Virus record (IMG/VR): IMGVR_UViG_3300029928_000002
Span: 91,302 to 155,301 of that record
DNA from: a virus
Lineage: Duplodnaviria > Caudoviricetes
Length of the DNA stretch: 64,000 bases
Strand: one strand, 5' to 3'
Position 1 is the stretch's first letter, and every line of letters begins with the position of its first letter. Below are positions 43,387 to 53,398 of this stretch, in pieces. The translations under genes and the position numbers were made by a program. Under the pieces are notes generated by a model. That model saw nothing but the letters and a program-made list of their open reading frames with translations. It made no database searches and was not told the origin of the DNA.

Positions 43387-44995
43387 TTAAAATCTAAAGG
43401 TATATCTATTTATATTTCCGGAATATACCTTTGGTTGTTCTCCATTAAATATTGCATTTAATTCAGATTCTTTAATTACTGTATATTTAGAATCTTTATG
43501 TGACTTCAAAAACCATTCTGTTTCCACAGTGTTATTAAGCACCAAGTTGAATATCAGAGCCTTCTTGTCTGGTGCCCATCTGATAACTCTACCTCTTCTT
43601 TGGGTAGCTTTAATCGATGAACTATCTAGTCCTAAGATGATTGCTACTGATAATCCTTTCACATCCAAACCTTCATTGGCCTTGGCGCAAGTGTGGAGAG
43701 TACCTGTCGATAGTTTATTGAAGTCTTCTATAAGGATTCTACCTTTCTTCTTAGATGTTTTACCGGTATATACATTCTGACCATGTTCTAAGGCTTCCGC
43801 CATTTTTACATTATTAGAGAATGTAATTACCTTTCTGTCCGAATAATGTTCCAGTATTCTTCTAGCTACCTCTATCTTTTTTGGATGATTATTTATGAAT
43901 GCTTTACGCTGTTGAATACTTCTAATAAATTGCATTGAATAATAAGTAATCTTCTTTAACATCTCTTTTCTGTCAGATTCTTTACTAGTCATTTGCTTTG
44001 CTAAAGCTGCTCTGGTTTTAAATCCGTTAGCTCCAATACAACTCATAGCTAGATTAAAATCATAACTGAAAAATCCAAATGCTTCAGAAAACTGCCTATT
44101 ATAAACTTTATAAGTATCCAAATCATCTACATCTAGTAGTACTAGATATTCATCATATTCAGATACCCAATTGTTTAATAGACATTCTTCAACTCCTACT
44201 GTATCACAAATAGGACAATATTTACGTATTATTTCATCCTTACCATCCAATCTTTCAAGAGTAGCAGTCAATCCTAATATGTATTTATACTTTACACAGG
44301 TAAATATCTGTCTAAAGGTATCAGAAGCATATCTATGACACTCATCCAATACCAATAGATCACATTTCCATCGATCTTTGACGAAAGAGTTTATGATATG
44401 AACTTCACAGTTAAATACAATGTCATTAGATACAAGTAACTCTTCCCACTGACTCTTTAAAGTCTCTGTTGGAACTATTACAATGCATCTAAGGTTAGGA
44501 TATTTATGCTTGAGTAGCTTGATAGTCATTATAGCTATCCTTGTTTTCGATTATGTTATCAGCAGGCTTTTTATCCTACTTTCTTATTATTACTAATAAG
44601 TCCCGCATAGATTTTTACCCTTAAAGGGTATCGAACACTCGTGGAGAAATTATATTCTATAGAATAACTTAATTTTATTAATTAAGTTACTTTACAGGTT
44701 CATTCTCTATGCTGTACAGTACGGAAGACTTTTTAGGTTCTTCCGTTACCTCGGTATTACCCTATGTAGGGTGTTCACCGATTTTGCTCGATAATAACTC
44801 CGAAGATTTCTCAATCAGAGCGGCACCATAATTAACTGGTATATATACATTAGCTACATTTTATTAGCCCATACCAGCTTTTACTGTACCAAACCCAGTA
44901 GCTGCCTCAATACTGGCCTTACCTCCAGACTTAATCCAAGATTTTATACAGTATTTCTGTCTAGTAGTTCGGTCTGTTTGGAATAAACTATTCAT
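43387..44995 (-). CDS. SF2 (DExH) helicase, 422 aa; exons 44995-44888 and 44547-43387
   Basis: Splicing restores Walker A AATGFG|KT; DECH, GLTAT, EGLD and QRRGR motifs in exon 2. Confidence 0.9.
44548..44887 (-). mobile_element. Group I intron, 340 nt, no ORF
   Basis: Exon ends in U, intron ends in G; P1 UUGGU/GCUAA; core-like AAAAUCGGUGAA...AAUACCGAG; many stems; removal restores frame and motif. Confidence 0.88.
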
Positions 44996-45015
44996 AAGCT
45001 CATTCCATTTTAGGA

Positions 45016-45933
45016 CTACTTAGCAGAATCCGGCAAGAGTGAAAAGTTATATTTCTCATTAGCTACTCTTTCAAGTTTCTTGATTATATCTTCCCACTGA
45101 ATTATTTGATAGTTTATTTCTTTAGAGAATCTATTAAGAATCTTATCTTTAAGAAGAATCAGCTTATCATTAGACATCATGCTATATTTAGCTTCCCTCA
45201 AATGTATCACAGATTCAAGCTCTTTAAAAGTAAGACCTTTAGAGCTTCTCTTAATATTTAAATAAGATGGAATTTTAAGACGTTCTCTGATTATATCAAG
45301 AACTTTCTTACCCTCAACAGTAAATTCTTTAACTTCTTCAGGAGTAAGTTCAAGACCTAAGTTCAAGAGAAATGTAAGTGTAATATGTCTTCTACTAAAA
45401 GTTCCAAGCAAATCTAAACAACCGTCCATCGCTTGCTTAACAGATACATCCCTAAAATCTATAGGGAGATTATTCATACAAGAAGAAAGCATTACTTCAT
45501 TCCATTTATCTCTTGGAATTGCTTTCTTATTCTCTGGCTGATTGAGAAGATTATCTAGATCTTTAAAGAGAAGATTTCTTGGCAAAGAACCTCTATCAGT
45601 GGATTCATCTCCAATATTATACTTACCCTCAATCCATCTAATACATAACTCAGTAGTACAATTATCTATCTGTTCTTCTACTATCTTCTTAAGGTTATAT
45701 CTTCCTGGATTATTTTTGTTATTACTAAATAACATACTAATACAGTGATTATACCATTCTTTTAATTGTTCGGGAGTGGCATCTACCATTTTAATGACAT
45801 CTTGACAACGTACTCCAGCACGTTCTTTCTTAGGCCCTTTCCAGACCCAATTATTCATGTCATTTTTAGATTGATTTTTTAGCTCTTTCTTTTCTTTAAT
45901 GGCTTCTGCCAACTTGTCTCCTAATACACCCAT
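45016..45933 (-). CDS. Hypothetical protein
   Basis: 305-aa ORF. Confidence 0.75.
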   Translation of the reverse strand: MGVLGDKLAEAIKEKKELKNQSKNDMNNWVWKGPKKERAGVRCQDVIKMVDATPEQLKEWYNHCISMLFSNNKNNPGRYNLKKIVEEQIDNCTTELCIRWIEGKYNIGDESTDRGSLPRNLLFKDLDNLLNQPENKKAIPRDKWNEVMLSSCMNNLPIDFRDVSVKQAMDGCLDLLGTFSRRHITLTFLLNLGLELTPEEVKEFTVEGKKVLDIIRERLKIPSYLNIKRSSKGLTFKELESVIHLREAKYSMMSNDKLILLKDKILNRFSKEINYQIIQWEDIIKKLERVANEKYNFSLLPDSAK

Positions 45934-45968
45934 CGTATTAACTAATTAATATTTCATAATTCTATTAT

Positions 45969-46298
45969 CTATAACGTTATTATACTATCTACTTTTTTCT
46001 CGACTGGGAGAAATTTATCAAATCTTATATGAGAATATTGATATGTGTCTTCCATATTTAACGCTCTATTATAATAAGAAGTTCCAGCTATAATATATGT
46101 GTATTGTAAAAATCCTACATCATTTATATCAGGATAGCTAGATTCCCAATTAGGATACCTTACACACATAATATACTTATTTGTCCAATTATCTGATTCT
46201 AGATTTTGAAATACATAAGTTGTATATCCGCCAGTATCTTCATTATACGCAAGAAGTTTGGCGTGAATAACTATAGAACTTACAGTATTATCAGACAT
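45969..46298 (-). CDS. Hypothetical protein (beta-rich)
   Basis: ORF in operon. Confidence 0.65.
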   Translation of the reverse strand: MSDNTVSSIVIHAKLLAYNEDTGGYTTYVFQNLESDNWTNKYIMCVRYPNWESSYPDINDVGFLQYTYIIAGTSYYNRALNMEDTYQYSHIRFDKFLPVEKKVDSIITL

Positions 46299-46642
46299 AT
46301 AATAGCTATCAAAGAAGCACCACTAATTCCTTTAAATATTTTATTAGAATTACGTAACTTCTTAATAGTTTTATCTTTACTTTTTATAACATCCTTATAA
46401 ATAACTTCAGATTTCTTATAAGCAGAATCAGACTTTTCATAAGATTTACAAAGTTCTTTATAATTAGCTATTTGTTTATTAAGTAAAGGAACTTCTTGTC
46501 TAAATTTAGCGTGTTCCAATAGAATCAAATTTAATTTCTTTAAGTCCTGTGCTGTCAATAGTGAATCTTGAGAGATAGTTTTTGATGTCCCACCAATCGC
46601 TATCAACAGGCTGAGAAATAACACGCTGAACATTCTTTTCAT
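46280..46642 (-). CDS. Exported coiled-coil protein with C-terminal TM
   Basis: Signal peptide, heptads, hydrophobic C-terminus. Confidence 0.65.
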   Translation of the reverse strand: MKRMFSVLFLSLLIAIGGTSKTISQDSLLTAQDLKKLNLILLEHAKFRQEVPLLNKQIANYKELCKSYEKSDSAYKKSEVIYKDVIKSKDKTIKKLRNSNKIFKGISGASLIAIICLIIL

Positions 46643-46856
46643 AAGTAGAATGTATTTTATAAATATTAGTAGTTATAGTATCATTGACCTTATTTATAGA
46701 ATCTCTAATGTGTTGTTGCTCAGCTTTGATAGAATCTAACTTATATAAAGTGTTCTTCCATTGTTGAGAATTATCAGAGATTTTGTGAGTTTTAAATAAT
46801 ACATATGACAATATAACTACTAATATAATAAGTAAAATATTACTTAATTTGTTCAT
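46506..46856 (-). CDS. N-anchored coiled-coil membrane protein
   Basis: N-terminal TM; overlaps the next gene by 137 nt. Confidence 0.65.
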   Translation of the reverse strand: MNKLSNILLIILVVILSYVLFKTHKISDNSQQWKNTLYKLDSIKAEQQHIRDSINKVNDTITTNIYKIHSTYEKNVQRVISQPVDSDWWDIKNYLSRFTIDSTGLKEIKFDSIGTR

Positions 46857-47364
46857 AATACTTATAGAGCTTCTTATTAGCTTCTATCTCTTCAGAAGAA
46901 GCTGAAGCTAGAGATTTCATATTATCAATCTCTTCTTTAGACATTTTACTTAGAGTATTAAATGCATTAGCTTTCTCTCGATATTTCCTTGCTTCATGAT
47001 TATATCCTTTAATCATTATTGCAGGATGCTTAATAAGATACTTTAGATACATATTAAGAATCATATCTGTAAATTCATCAAAGTTTTCTAATACAAATCC
47101 GGGTCTACTGACTTGGATAATATTATTACAACTTTCAATATCTAGAGTAATTATATCGTCAGAATCTTTCTTCCATTTGAGAGCTGCTCTACCAAAAGCT
47201 ATATCTTCTGCAGTATCTTTATCATGTGTGTCTTGAGGATTAGAACAAGACCATCCTAAAGAGTACATTCTTGGCCCCATAGCATCAAAGCACACTAAAC
47301 ATGCTGTAACAGTATGAATATCACCTTTGTAATCTACAAAACTAGCTGATTTAAATTTTTTCAT
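46840..47364 (-). CDS. Hypothetical protein (G..C...D..D....IA..RA family)
   Basis: GWSCSNPQDTHDKDTAEDIAFGRA. Confidence 0.7.
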   Translation of the reverse strand: MKKFKSASFVDYKGDIHTVTACLVCFDAMGPRMYSLGWSCSNPQDTHDKDTAEDIAFGRAALKWKKDSDDIITLDIESCNNIIQVSRPGFVLENFDEFTDMILNMYLKYLIKHPAIMIKGYNHEARKYREKANAFNTLSKMSKEEIDNMKSLASASSEEIEANKKLYKYYEQIK

Positions 47365-47512
47365 AAAATGTTAATTATTAATGTAAAAGTAATCATTGTG
47401 GAAAACAATATAAAAAATATTAAATTTATATATTTAGGTTTTCCAATAAAATATTTATGTACTATAATATTACAAATATTTAATACTATAATAACTAATA
47501 GCAGCTTGATAA

Positions 47513-47710
47513 TCATTTAAAGTCTACAAATTCTGTAAAACATTTAGTTATAACTGAAATCATAAACCATGCAATCGCTATTGTCAATCCTAACATATGA
47601 GATAATGTACTAAAACTACACATCATAAATACACAAACCCATATTAGGAATATAGTAATTATAACATATGCTAATAGTATTAATATATGATATTTAGAAG
47701 TTTTACTCAT
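47513..47710 (-). CDS. Small two-TM protein
   Basis: Two hydrophobic helices. Confidence 0.55.
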   Translation of the reverse strand: MSKTSKYHILILLAYVIITIFLIWVCVFMMCSFSTLSHMLGLTIAIAWFMISVITKCFTEFVDFK

Positions 47711-47711
47711 C

Positions 47712-48023
47712 TCAATCTAATAGTTGTGGAGAATTTGTTTTATCTAATAAAGCCTCTTTCAATTCTGCTAAGAGTGAAGTATATTCTTTAAGATATTGTA
47801 CTAAAGAAATATTCTCTTCTTTATGTCTGTGCTGAATACGATAATTACATATTCGCTTAATTGCAGAACATAAAGATAGGCCATATCCGACATTCTTAAA
47901 ATCTGTTCTAGCTGCTGCATCAGTTCCTTTGGGTTTAATACTAACAAGTAGTTCCAAATCCCAATAATCTGATGCAGTATTAGTAGAAGGAATTAGTCTG
48001 AAATCTTTTTCTTCAATTATCAT
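47712..48023 (-). CDS. Hypothetical protein
   Basis: ORF in operon. Confidence 0.7.
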   Translation of the reverse strand: MIIEEKDFRLIPSTNTASDYWDLELLVSIKPKGTDAAARTDFKNVGYGLSLCSAIKRICNYRIQHRHKEENISLVQYLKEYTSLLAELKEALLDKTNSPQLLD

Positions 48024-48025
48024 TT

Positions 48026-48253
48026 TTAATAATTATAAAAACTGTCAACATTAATATTTAACTCATCTGTAAACATCCATTGACAATTATCTACATTATG
48101 ACCTAAGAGAGTTAGTAAAGATTCTGGCTCTATTGTATCAGGTACATCTGTATAAACATATACTTTGGCTGATGTAAAATCCAGAACTACTAAATTCTCT
48201 TTAGGACGAGCACTAAGTTCGTATTCAAATCCCGATTTTGTTTTTACTTTCAT
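48026..48253 (-). CDS. Hypothetical protein
   Basis: ORF in operon. Confidence 0.65.
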   Translation of the reverse strand: MKVKTKSGFEYELSARPKENLVVLDFTSAKVYVYTDVPDTIEPESLLTLLGHNVDNCQWMFTDELNINVDSFYNY

Positions 48254-48714
48254 TAATTTAAACTATTTAAAAGACTTTTATAATATTTCTTTTCTCGATT
48301 TAGGAATGTATAATATTTCTCAGAGTCTCCGATTACTCCAGTGGGAGCATATCTTACCTCATTCATACCTAAGACTTTTAATAGATAGTCTATATAAGTG
48401 TCACAAAGTTCTGCCATAAACCTATATAGTTTAATGGTAGCTCTAGATTTTGCTATTTTGTAACCGATAACTGGATCCCAAGAATCTTCAGAATTTTTTT
48501 TAGCAGTTCCAATAGCTTTTATATAAAATCCCCCACTATACATACCTATGTAACCGGGATAATTCTCTATAAAATCTTTTAAAACAAATGGTATATAATA
48601 TTCATCAGGAAATAATATAACCCCTTTTAAGGTTATTTTTACAATTTTATTATTAAATTGTTCTTCAATAGGTTCTATATTAAACCTATCTGTATCAAAA
48701 CTAAGTTTTATCAT
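48253..48714 (-). CDS. Hypothetical protein (same motif family as 46840)
   Basis: GTAKKNSEDSWDPVIGYKIAKSRA. Confidence 0.7.
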   Translation of the reverse strand: MIKLSFDTDRFNIEPIEEQFNNKIVKITLKGVILFPDEYYIPFVLKDFIENYPGYIGMYSGGFYIKAIGTAKKNSEDSWDPVIGYKIAKSRATIKLYRFMAELCDTYIDYLLKVLGMNEVRYAPTGVIGDSEKYYTFLNREKKYYKSLLNSLN

Positions 48715-48821
48715 TTCTTCTGACTTCCTGGACGTGTGTTAGAATGTTGTTCTGCTCCAGACATTCTGTCAAAAGCAGCTTGACGTGCTTTCAAATTCAA
48801 TTGCTTGTTTTTGTACTTCAT
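48711..48821 (-). CDS. 36-aa basic peptide
   Basis: MKYKNKQLNLKARQAAFDRMSGAEQHSNTRPGSQKK; fills the gap exactly with an ATGA overlap. Confidence 0.65.
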   Translation of the reverse strand: MKYKNKQLNLKARQAAFDRMSGAEQHSNTRPGSQKK

Positions 48822-48823
48822 AA

Positions 48824-49075
48824 TTAATTTTGTTTATGTTTATCAGATATTAAAGTTATCTGATTAAATGTGTCTGTAAATTCCTCCAATCCCTTAGGAA
48901 CTGTTTTAAGAATATTAGATAGAGTTATACCTAATATATAAAACAATTCGTCTGAATCCAAAGATTCATCACTACCTAATTTATCAATAATAGTATGAGC
49001 TAAATCATTACTGATGTTATGAATATATTTCATTCTATCAGAAGATCTAGAACTTACAAATTTATAAATGTTCAT
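48824..49075 (-). CDS. Hypothetical protein
   Basis: ORF in operon. Confidence 0.6.
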   Translation of the reverse strand: MNIYKFVSSRSSDRMKYIHNISNDLAHTIIDKLGSDESLDSDELFYILGITLSNILKTVPKGLEEFTDTFNQITLISDKHKQN

Positions 49076-49695
49076 AATAATACTAAATTACTTCCCTTAA
49101 CTGCCAATTTATCAGCTTCATTATTAAACTTATTATCAGCATGACCCTTTACCCATTGAATGGAATATTTTAAATCATGTTGTTTTAACAGATTGATATA
49201 TGTATCAAACTTATCCCATAATGCTGTATTACATTTTCTCTTCCAACCTTGAGTAGCACATCCCCATACATATTGAGAATCAGTATAAATAGTAGCAGAT
49301 ATTTTATTCTTAATAATATATATCATTGCCTTTAATACTGCAAATAATTCCATTTTATTATTGGAATCTACTTTGGCCCCATTATAGTCAGAATAAAGTA
49401 TATCATTATCTTTTACTACCACATAAGCCCAACCTCCCCGATTTACAGAAGGTCTAAAAGCTCCGTCTGTATAAATACAGATAGAGTCTTTATTAGTTAT
49501 TTCTGCAGTAGGTATAGATAATTTCTTACCACATATAGGACAATAACTTATAGGAATATGATTTGTAATATGTACAAGCATATTAACTGTTTCGGAGCAA
49601 ATGCTTGGCACATTATCATATATAGATATTCCCAAATCCCCATTTAATATATTCATTTTAGGATATTTGGGGATATTGTCACAATATTTACACAT
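49072..49695 (-). CDS. rnhA: Ribonuclease HI with N-terminal Zn ribbon
   Basis: IYTDGA, NNKMEL, TDSQY and WVKGH..N.EADKLA motifs; CKYC..CPICG. Confidence 0.9.
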   Translation of the reverse strand: MCKYCDNIPKYPKMNILNGDLGISIYDNVPSICSETVNMLVHITNHIPISYCPICGKKLSIPTAEITNKDSICIYTDGAFRPSVNRGGWAYVVVKDNDILYSDYNGAKVDSNNKMELFAVLKAMIYIIKNKISATIYTDSQYVWGCATQGWKRKCNTALWDKFDTYINLLKQHDLKYSIQWVKGHADNKFNNEADKLAVKGSNLVLL

Positions 49696-49852
49696 TATAA
49701 TTTAATAATTATATGATTTCTTCTAGTTCTATCAAATGGTGGTGTATAATAAATAAAGATAGAATTATTTTCCTTAAAGATTGATGGATTAAATACTACT
49801 TTAACTAGTAAGAATATTATTATAATAAAAATAACTATGTTCAACATAAGAT

Positions 49853-50659
49853 TTAATAATTAATACCGTCTTTAAAGTATGTTACATAGAACTTATTTGG
49901 TCCATATACTTTAAAGATTCTAGAGGTAGTTTTAAAATAACACTTAGAAGTTTTATCTTCAGTAGCTGCTCCTCTTGAATAGTTTGTTATATTTGAAACC
50001 CAGAATTTATTGTCAATATACTTATAATTAGTACTATCATTAGAGAAATTATAAGCTATTCTATTAGAGAATGTATATGGAGTGTCCTGTTCTGTGTATG
50101 ATTTAATTTTATAAGATTCTGAGGGAAAATCTTGTTTGCTAGTACATGTAACTGTCAAAGATGGGCTTAATTTGTAAGTATTAAACTCTTTATAGCATTT
50201 TGCAGGAATACATACAATTTCTTTTTCTATTGTGTATGTATTTACAGTATTAACAGTTTGAGTTTTACTTCCAAGTAAGGCTAAGAATATATTATTTCCC
50301 CAAATATTACCAGCAGTAGTACTTATAGAATTAGCCGCTGAAGACGAGTAAATCCTATTCCTAAAATATTCATTCGCCTTACCGTTAACTTCATAAAAAG
50401 TCTTTGCCAAATTTATGTATATATCTTTATCCGTCTTATTCCATATTACAAACTTCAATTCTCCATTATTTGACCATAGATTATAAAGAACTTTACAATC
50501 ATCATTTTCATAAACCATCGAGTTATCCTGTAATTTCAAATCCTTACTTTCAACATCATAAACTTGATAGAATGTTTTATTACAAGATGAAAAACACACT
50601 GCAGCAAAAGCAGCCACTAAAATTTTGTTAAATTTCATAAGACTAATTAAATGATGCAC
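49853..50659 (-). CDS. Bacteroidales-type lipoprotein
   Basis: Signal peptide ending FSSC; likely start near MKFNK. Confidence 0.75.
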   Translation of the reverse strand: MHHLISLMKFNKILVAAFAAVCFSSCNKTFYQVYDVESKDLKLQDNSMVYENDDCKVLYNLWSNNGELKFVIWNKTDKDIYINLAKTFYEVNGKANEYFRNRIYSSSAANSISTTAGNIWGNNIFLALLGSKTQTVNTVNTYTIEKEIVCIPAKCYKEFNTYKLSPSLTVTCTSKQDFPSESYKIKSYTEQDTPYTFSNRIAYNFSNDSTNYKYIDNKFWVSNITNYSRGAATEDKTSKCYFKTTSRIFKVYGPNKFYVTYFKDGINY

Positions 50660-50864
50660 TTAAATACTTTACAACGCAACCTACAATAATAAATAGTATT
50701 ATTATAGTAACCCAACCAGAATTTTCTTCTTTGTCCGAACATTCGTTGTAAGCAGCAAGTGCGAGAATTATTATAAGAACTATTAAAGCAATCATATTAT
50801 CTATATAAACTAAAAATCCTTGATTACTAAGCATATACTTAATAACCAAGGATTGTTGTTAATA

Positions 50865-51023
50865 TTAATGTAGAGAATCTACAACGCTAGAATCTGTGTC
50901 AACTGAATCAACTACAGTAGTATCTGAATCAGCTGAAGATTGTTTTGAACTTGACGAACCTTCAGTACAACTCATAAGACCAAAAGTCATCATTGCTGCA
51001 AAAATAAAGATTAACTTTTTCAT
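50865..51023 (-). CDS. 52-aa Ser/Asp-rich lipoprotein
   Basis: MKKLIFIFAAMMTFGLMS-CTEGSSSSKQSSADSDTTVVDSVDTDSSVVDSLH. Confidence 0.75.
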   Translation of the reverse strand: MKKLIFIFAAMMTFGLMSCTEGSSSSKQSSADSDTTVVDSVDTDSSVVDSLH

Positions 51024-51058
51024 AATTAATAATTAATTTAAAAATTAAACAATATCAG

Positions 51059-51108
51059 CTCTCTATAACAGAATCGAACTGTTTAAAATATCCAAACATA
51101 TATAGAGA
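51059..51108 (-). other. tRNA-like minihelix (acceptor stem plus T-arm only)
   Basis: TCTCTAT/ATAGAGA stem with AACAG-TTCGATT-CTGTT arm. Confidence 0.55.
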
Positions 51109-51157
51109 TAAATAGAAGAAACTCCATAATACTTTGGAGATTCTTCTATAACTTATT

Positions 51158-51715
51158 TTATACTAAATCTTTTAATTTATCTGTATAACTAGGATCTTCT
51201 GCATAACCTATCTTATTTAAAAAGGTATAATAATTTCCTCCAGAATATTTAGACTGAATTAAATTCTTATAGGCTTTAACACTTTCTGTCCAATGCCCAA
51301 ATCGTCTATACCTTTTGCCTTTTCTTAATCCAAATAAATTGTTAGTACTTGTAGCTACATCAGATTTGCCTAAATTACTTTCTAACTTAGCTTGTGCTAA
51401 AACAATATTTGGATATTTAATATTCTGTCTTATTAATTCTTTTTTTAAATTTTTTTCAGTTAATGGTAATTTACTAATTTCTACTTTTGAATTAGATTTA
51501 TTCTTTACTTTAAATGTTGAATTTTTAATAGTATTAGAATCACTTTTGATAATAAGTTCTATTTTAGTTGGAGTGGATACTTTAGATTTCTTAGGAACTG
51601 AATGTCCTATAAGATAACCTATAAATAATCCTGAAACTAAAATAGTACTTAATTTCCAATAATCTGATTTCTTAGAATTAATACTATCTACTGTGTGAAA
51701 TAATTTTACATCCAT
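51158..51715 (-). CDS. Membrane-anchored glucosaminidase (GH73-like)
   Basis: AQAKLES, NNLFGL and GYAEDPSY motifs; N-terminal TM. Confidence 0.88.
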   Translation of the reverse strand: MDVKLFHTVDSINSKKSDYWKLSTILVSGLFIGYLIGHSVPKKSKVSTPTKIELIIKSDSNTIKNSTFKVKNKSNSKVEISKLPLTEKNLKKELIRQNIKYPNIVLAQAKLESNLGKSDVATSTNNLFGLRKGKRYRRFGHWTESVKAYKNLIQSKYSGGNYYTFLNKIGYAEDPSYTDKLKDLV

Positions 51716-51961
51716 GGTGATATATTATTTTCTAATAATGGTTTATAAGCTATTTCAAACATCTGACAATATTTGTTCCATGCTTTTAATAATAATTTGA
51801 CCATAATTTTAATACTTTTAAAGATTGCTAAATTACTATCTAATCACATTACTAAATTATCGGAAGATAATTGATTAATCCATTGATATAAATCAAAATC
51901 GGTAATGAGTTAGTCTTAAGTATTATTTTAGTCAATTATAAATAGTATTAAAATTAAAAAA

Positions 51962-52083
51962 TGCCTGAGTGGAGATTCTCAACTCCACTACAGGCTCTTT
52001 GGTTAAACTCTTAGATAACCACTCTAGCACATGCTTCTTGTTGAACTAGTACGAAGAAGTCACCCCATTTAAGGCGATGGGGT
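51962..52083. ncRNA. Candidate four-hairpin RNA
   Basis: Four consecutive GC-rich stems in an AT-rich intergenic region. Confidence 0.45.
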
Positions 52084-52240
52084 TCCGAGAATTTTATTAT
52101 TTATATATTATATTTTTTAAGGTACTTTATTTTATTTAAGTAGTTGTGAGATTACTTTATTTGTCCATTCTCTGTTACTAAAATGACCCATTTCATAATT
52201 ATCATTTAGTAAAGCTAGAGAAGATGCTGTAAGAAATTTT

Positions 52241-52453
52241 TTAATCATCGAAATACTGATCATAGTCTCCAATATGTTCTAAATATTCATGATTTCTTAA
52301 TATCATAGCAATTGTATTATCAAGATGGGAATCATCCATATCTTTAATAGGAATGTTTTCACCACTCTTAGTAGTCCATACAATTGAACCAGAATTACGT
52401 CTTCTAAACCATGATTCCAGTAGTAAATCTCGAAGAGTTGCTTTTATAACCAT
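52241..52453 (-). CDS. Hypothetical protein
   Basis: WTTKSG..IPIKDMDDSHL.N pattern. Confidence 0.7.
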   Translation of the reverse strand: MVIKATLRDLLLESWFRRRNSGSIVWTTKSGENIPIKDMDDSHLDNTIAMILRNHEYLEHIGDYDQYFDD

Positions 52454-52782
52454 CCTTTATATACTAAATAATTGTAATTTCTTAATATACTATCAACAGT
52501 TTCTATAGAATATTTCTCTAGATTGTGGTAATGAATGAACTCTTGTTCTTCTATAGGAAGTTTTGCTATTTCTTGTTTACTCATTTAAAAAATCTAAATC
52601 ATGCTGTTCTATAGAAGAATCAATCATTGATGCCATAGCATCTTCATAAGTTTCTTTATAAATATAAAGATTAATCACTTCCTCAAATGATTTGTCCATT
52701 AATTCATACTTCTTAGCAAATGTGAGAAGTTCTTGCAAATCTTTTCTGCTCATAATTAATTAATTTTATATACAAAATAGTC

Positions 52783-53394
52783 TTAATCATAAAATAATAT
52801 ATCTTTTAACGAACCCTTATTAAAATCCAGTACTTTTCCATTAACTTCGTCTAAAGACTGTTTAATTTTTCCAATTTTCAAATCAGGGCTTGAAGCTGAA
52901 ATCCAAAATTTATTTGGAACCAATACTCTTAATTTAGAGTATTCTATTACATCGCAATAAATTATTGGATAAGTCCCATATTCTTTATAAAATAAGGTAT
53001 TTAATTCCTTGAGGATTTTTATGCGAGTTTTGAAATCTTTTTTAAATCCGGCTCTTTCGTAATCTACACAAGGAATTAAACTTAAAGACATATTACTTTG
53101 AGCTTCTTCATAATTAGTAAATTGAGATTTAGCAGACACATTATCTCTAAAGAAATGATAAGTACCTACATACATATTATGTCGAACTGCTTGTTCGTAA
53201 TGTTCATATCTCATAGGATCTTTGTAAGAACTTCCTTCTGAGACTTTTAAATACACAAACTTAATATTCCTGGACTTTAACTGTGTCCAATCACTACCGT
53301 TTAATTCATTGTGGTGTGATAAATCTACACCTTTATCAGTACAGTTAGTACAACTACCTAAAATTAAACTAAGTAGAATAATTAATGTTCTCAT
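52783..53394 (-). CDS. GH25 muramidase with lipoprotein signal
   Basis: GVDLSHH, KVSEG, GTYHF, VDYE and PIIY motifs; LILGSC. Confidence 0.9.
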   Translation of the reverse strand: MRTLIILLSLILGSCTNCTDKGVDLSHHNELNGSDWTQLKSRNIKFVYLKVSEGSSYKDPMRYEHYEQAVRHNMYVGTYHFFRDNVSAKSQFTNYEEAQSNMSLSLIPCVDYERAGFKKDFKTRIKILKELNTLFYKEYGTYPIIYCDVIEYSKLRVLVPNKFWISASSPDLKIGKIKQSLDEVNGKVLDFNKGSLKDILFYD

Positions 53395-53398
53395 AATT

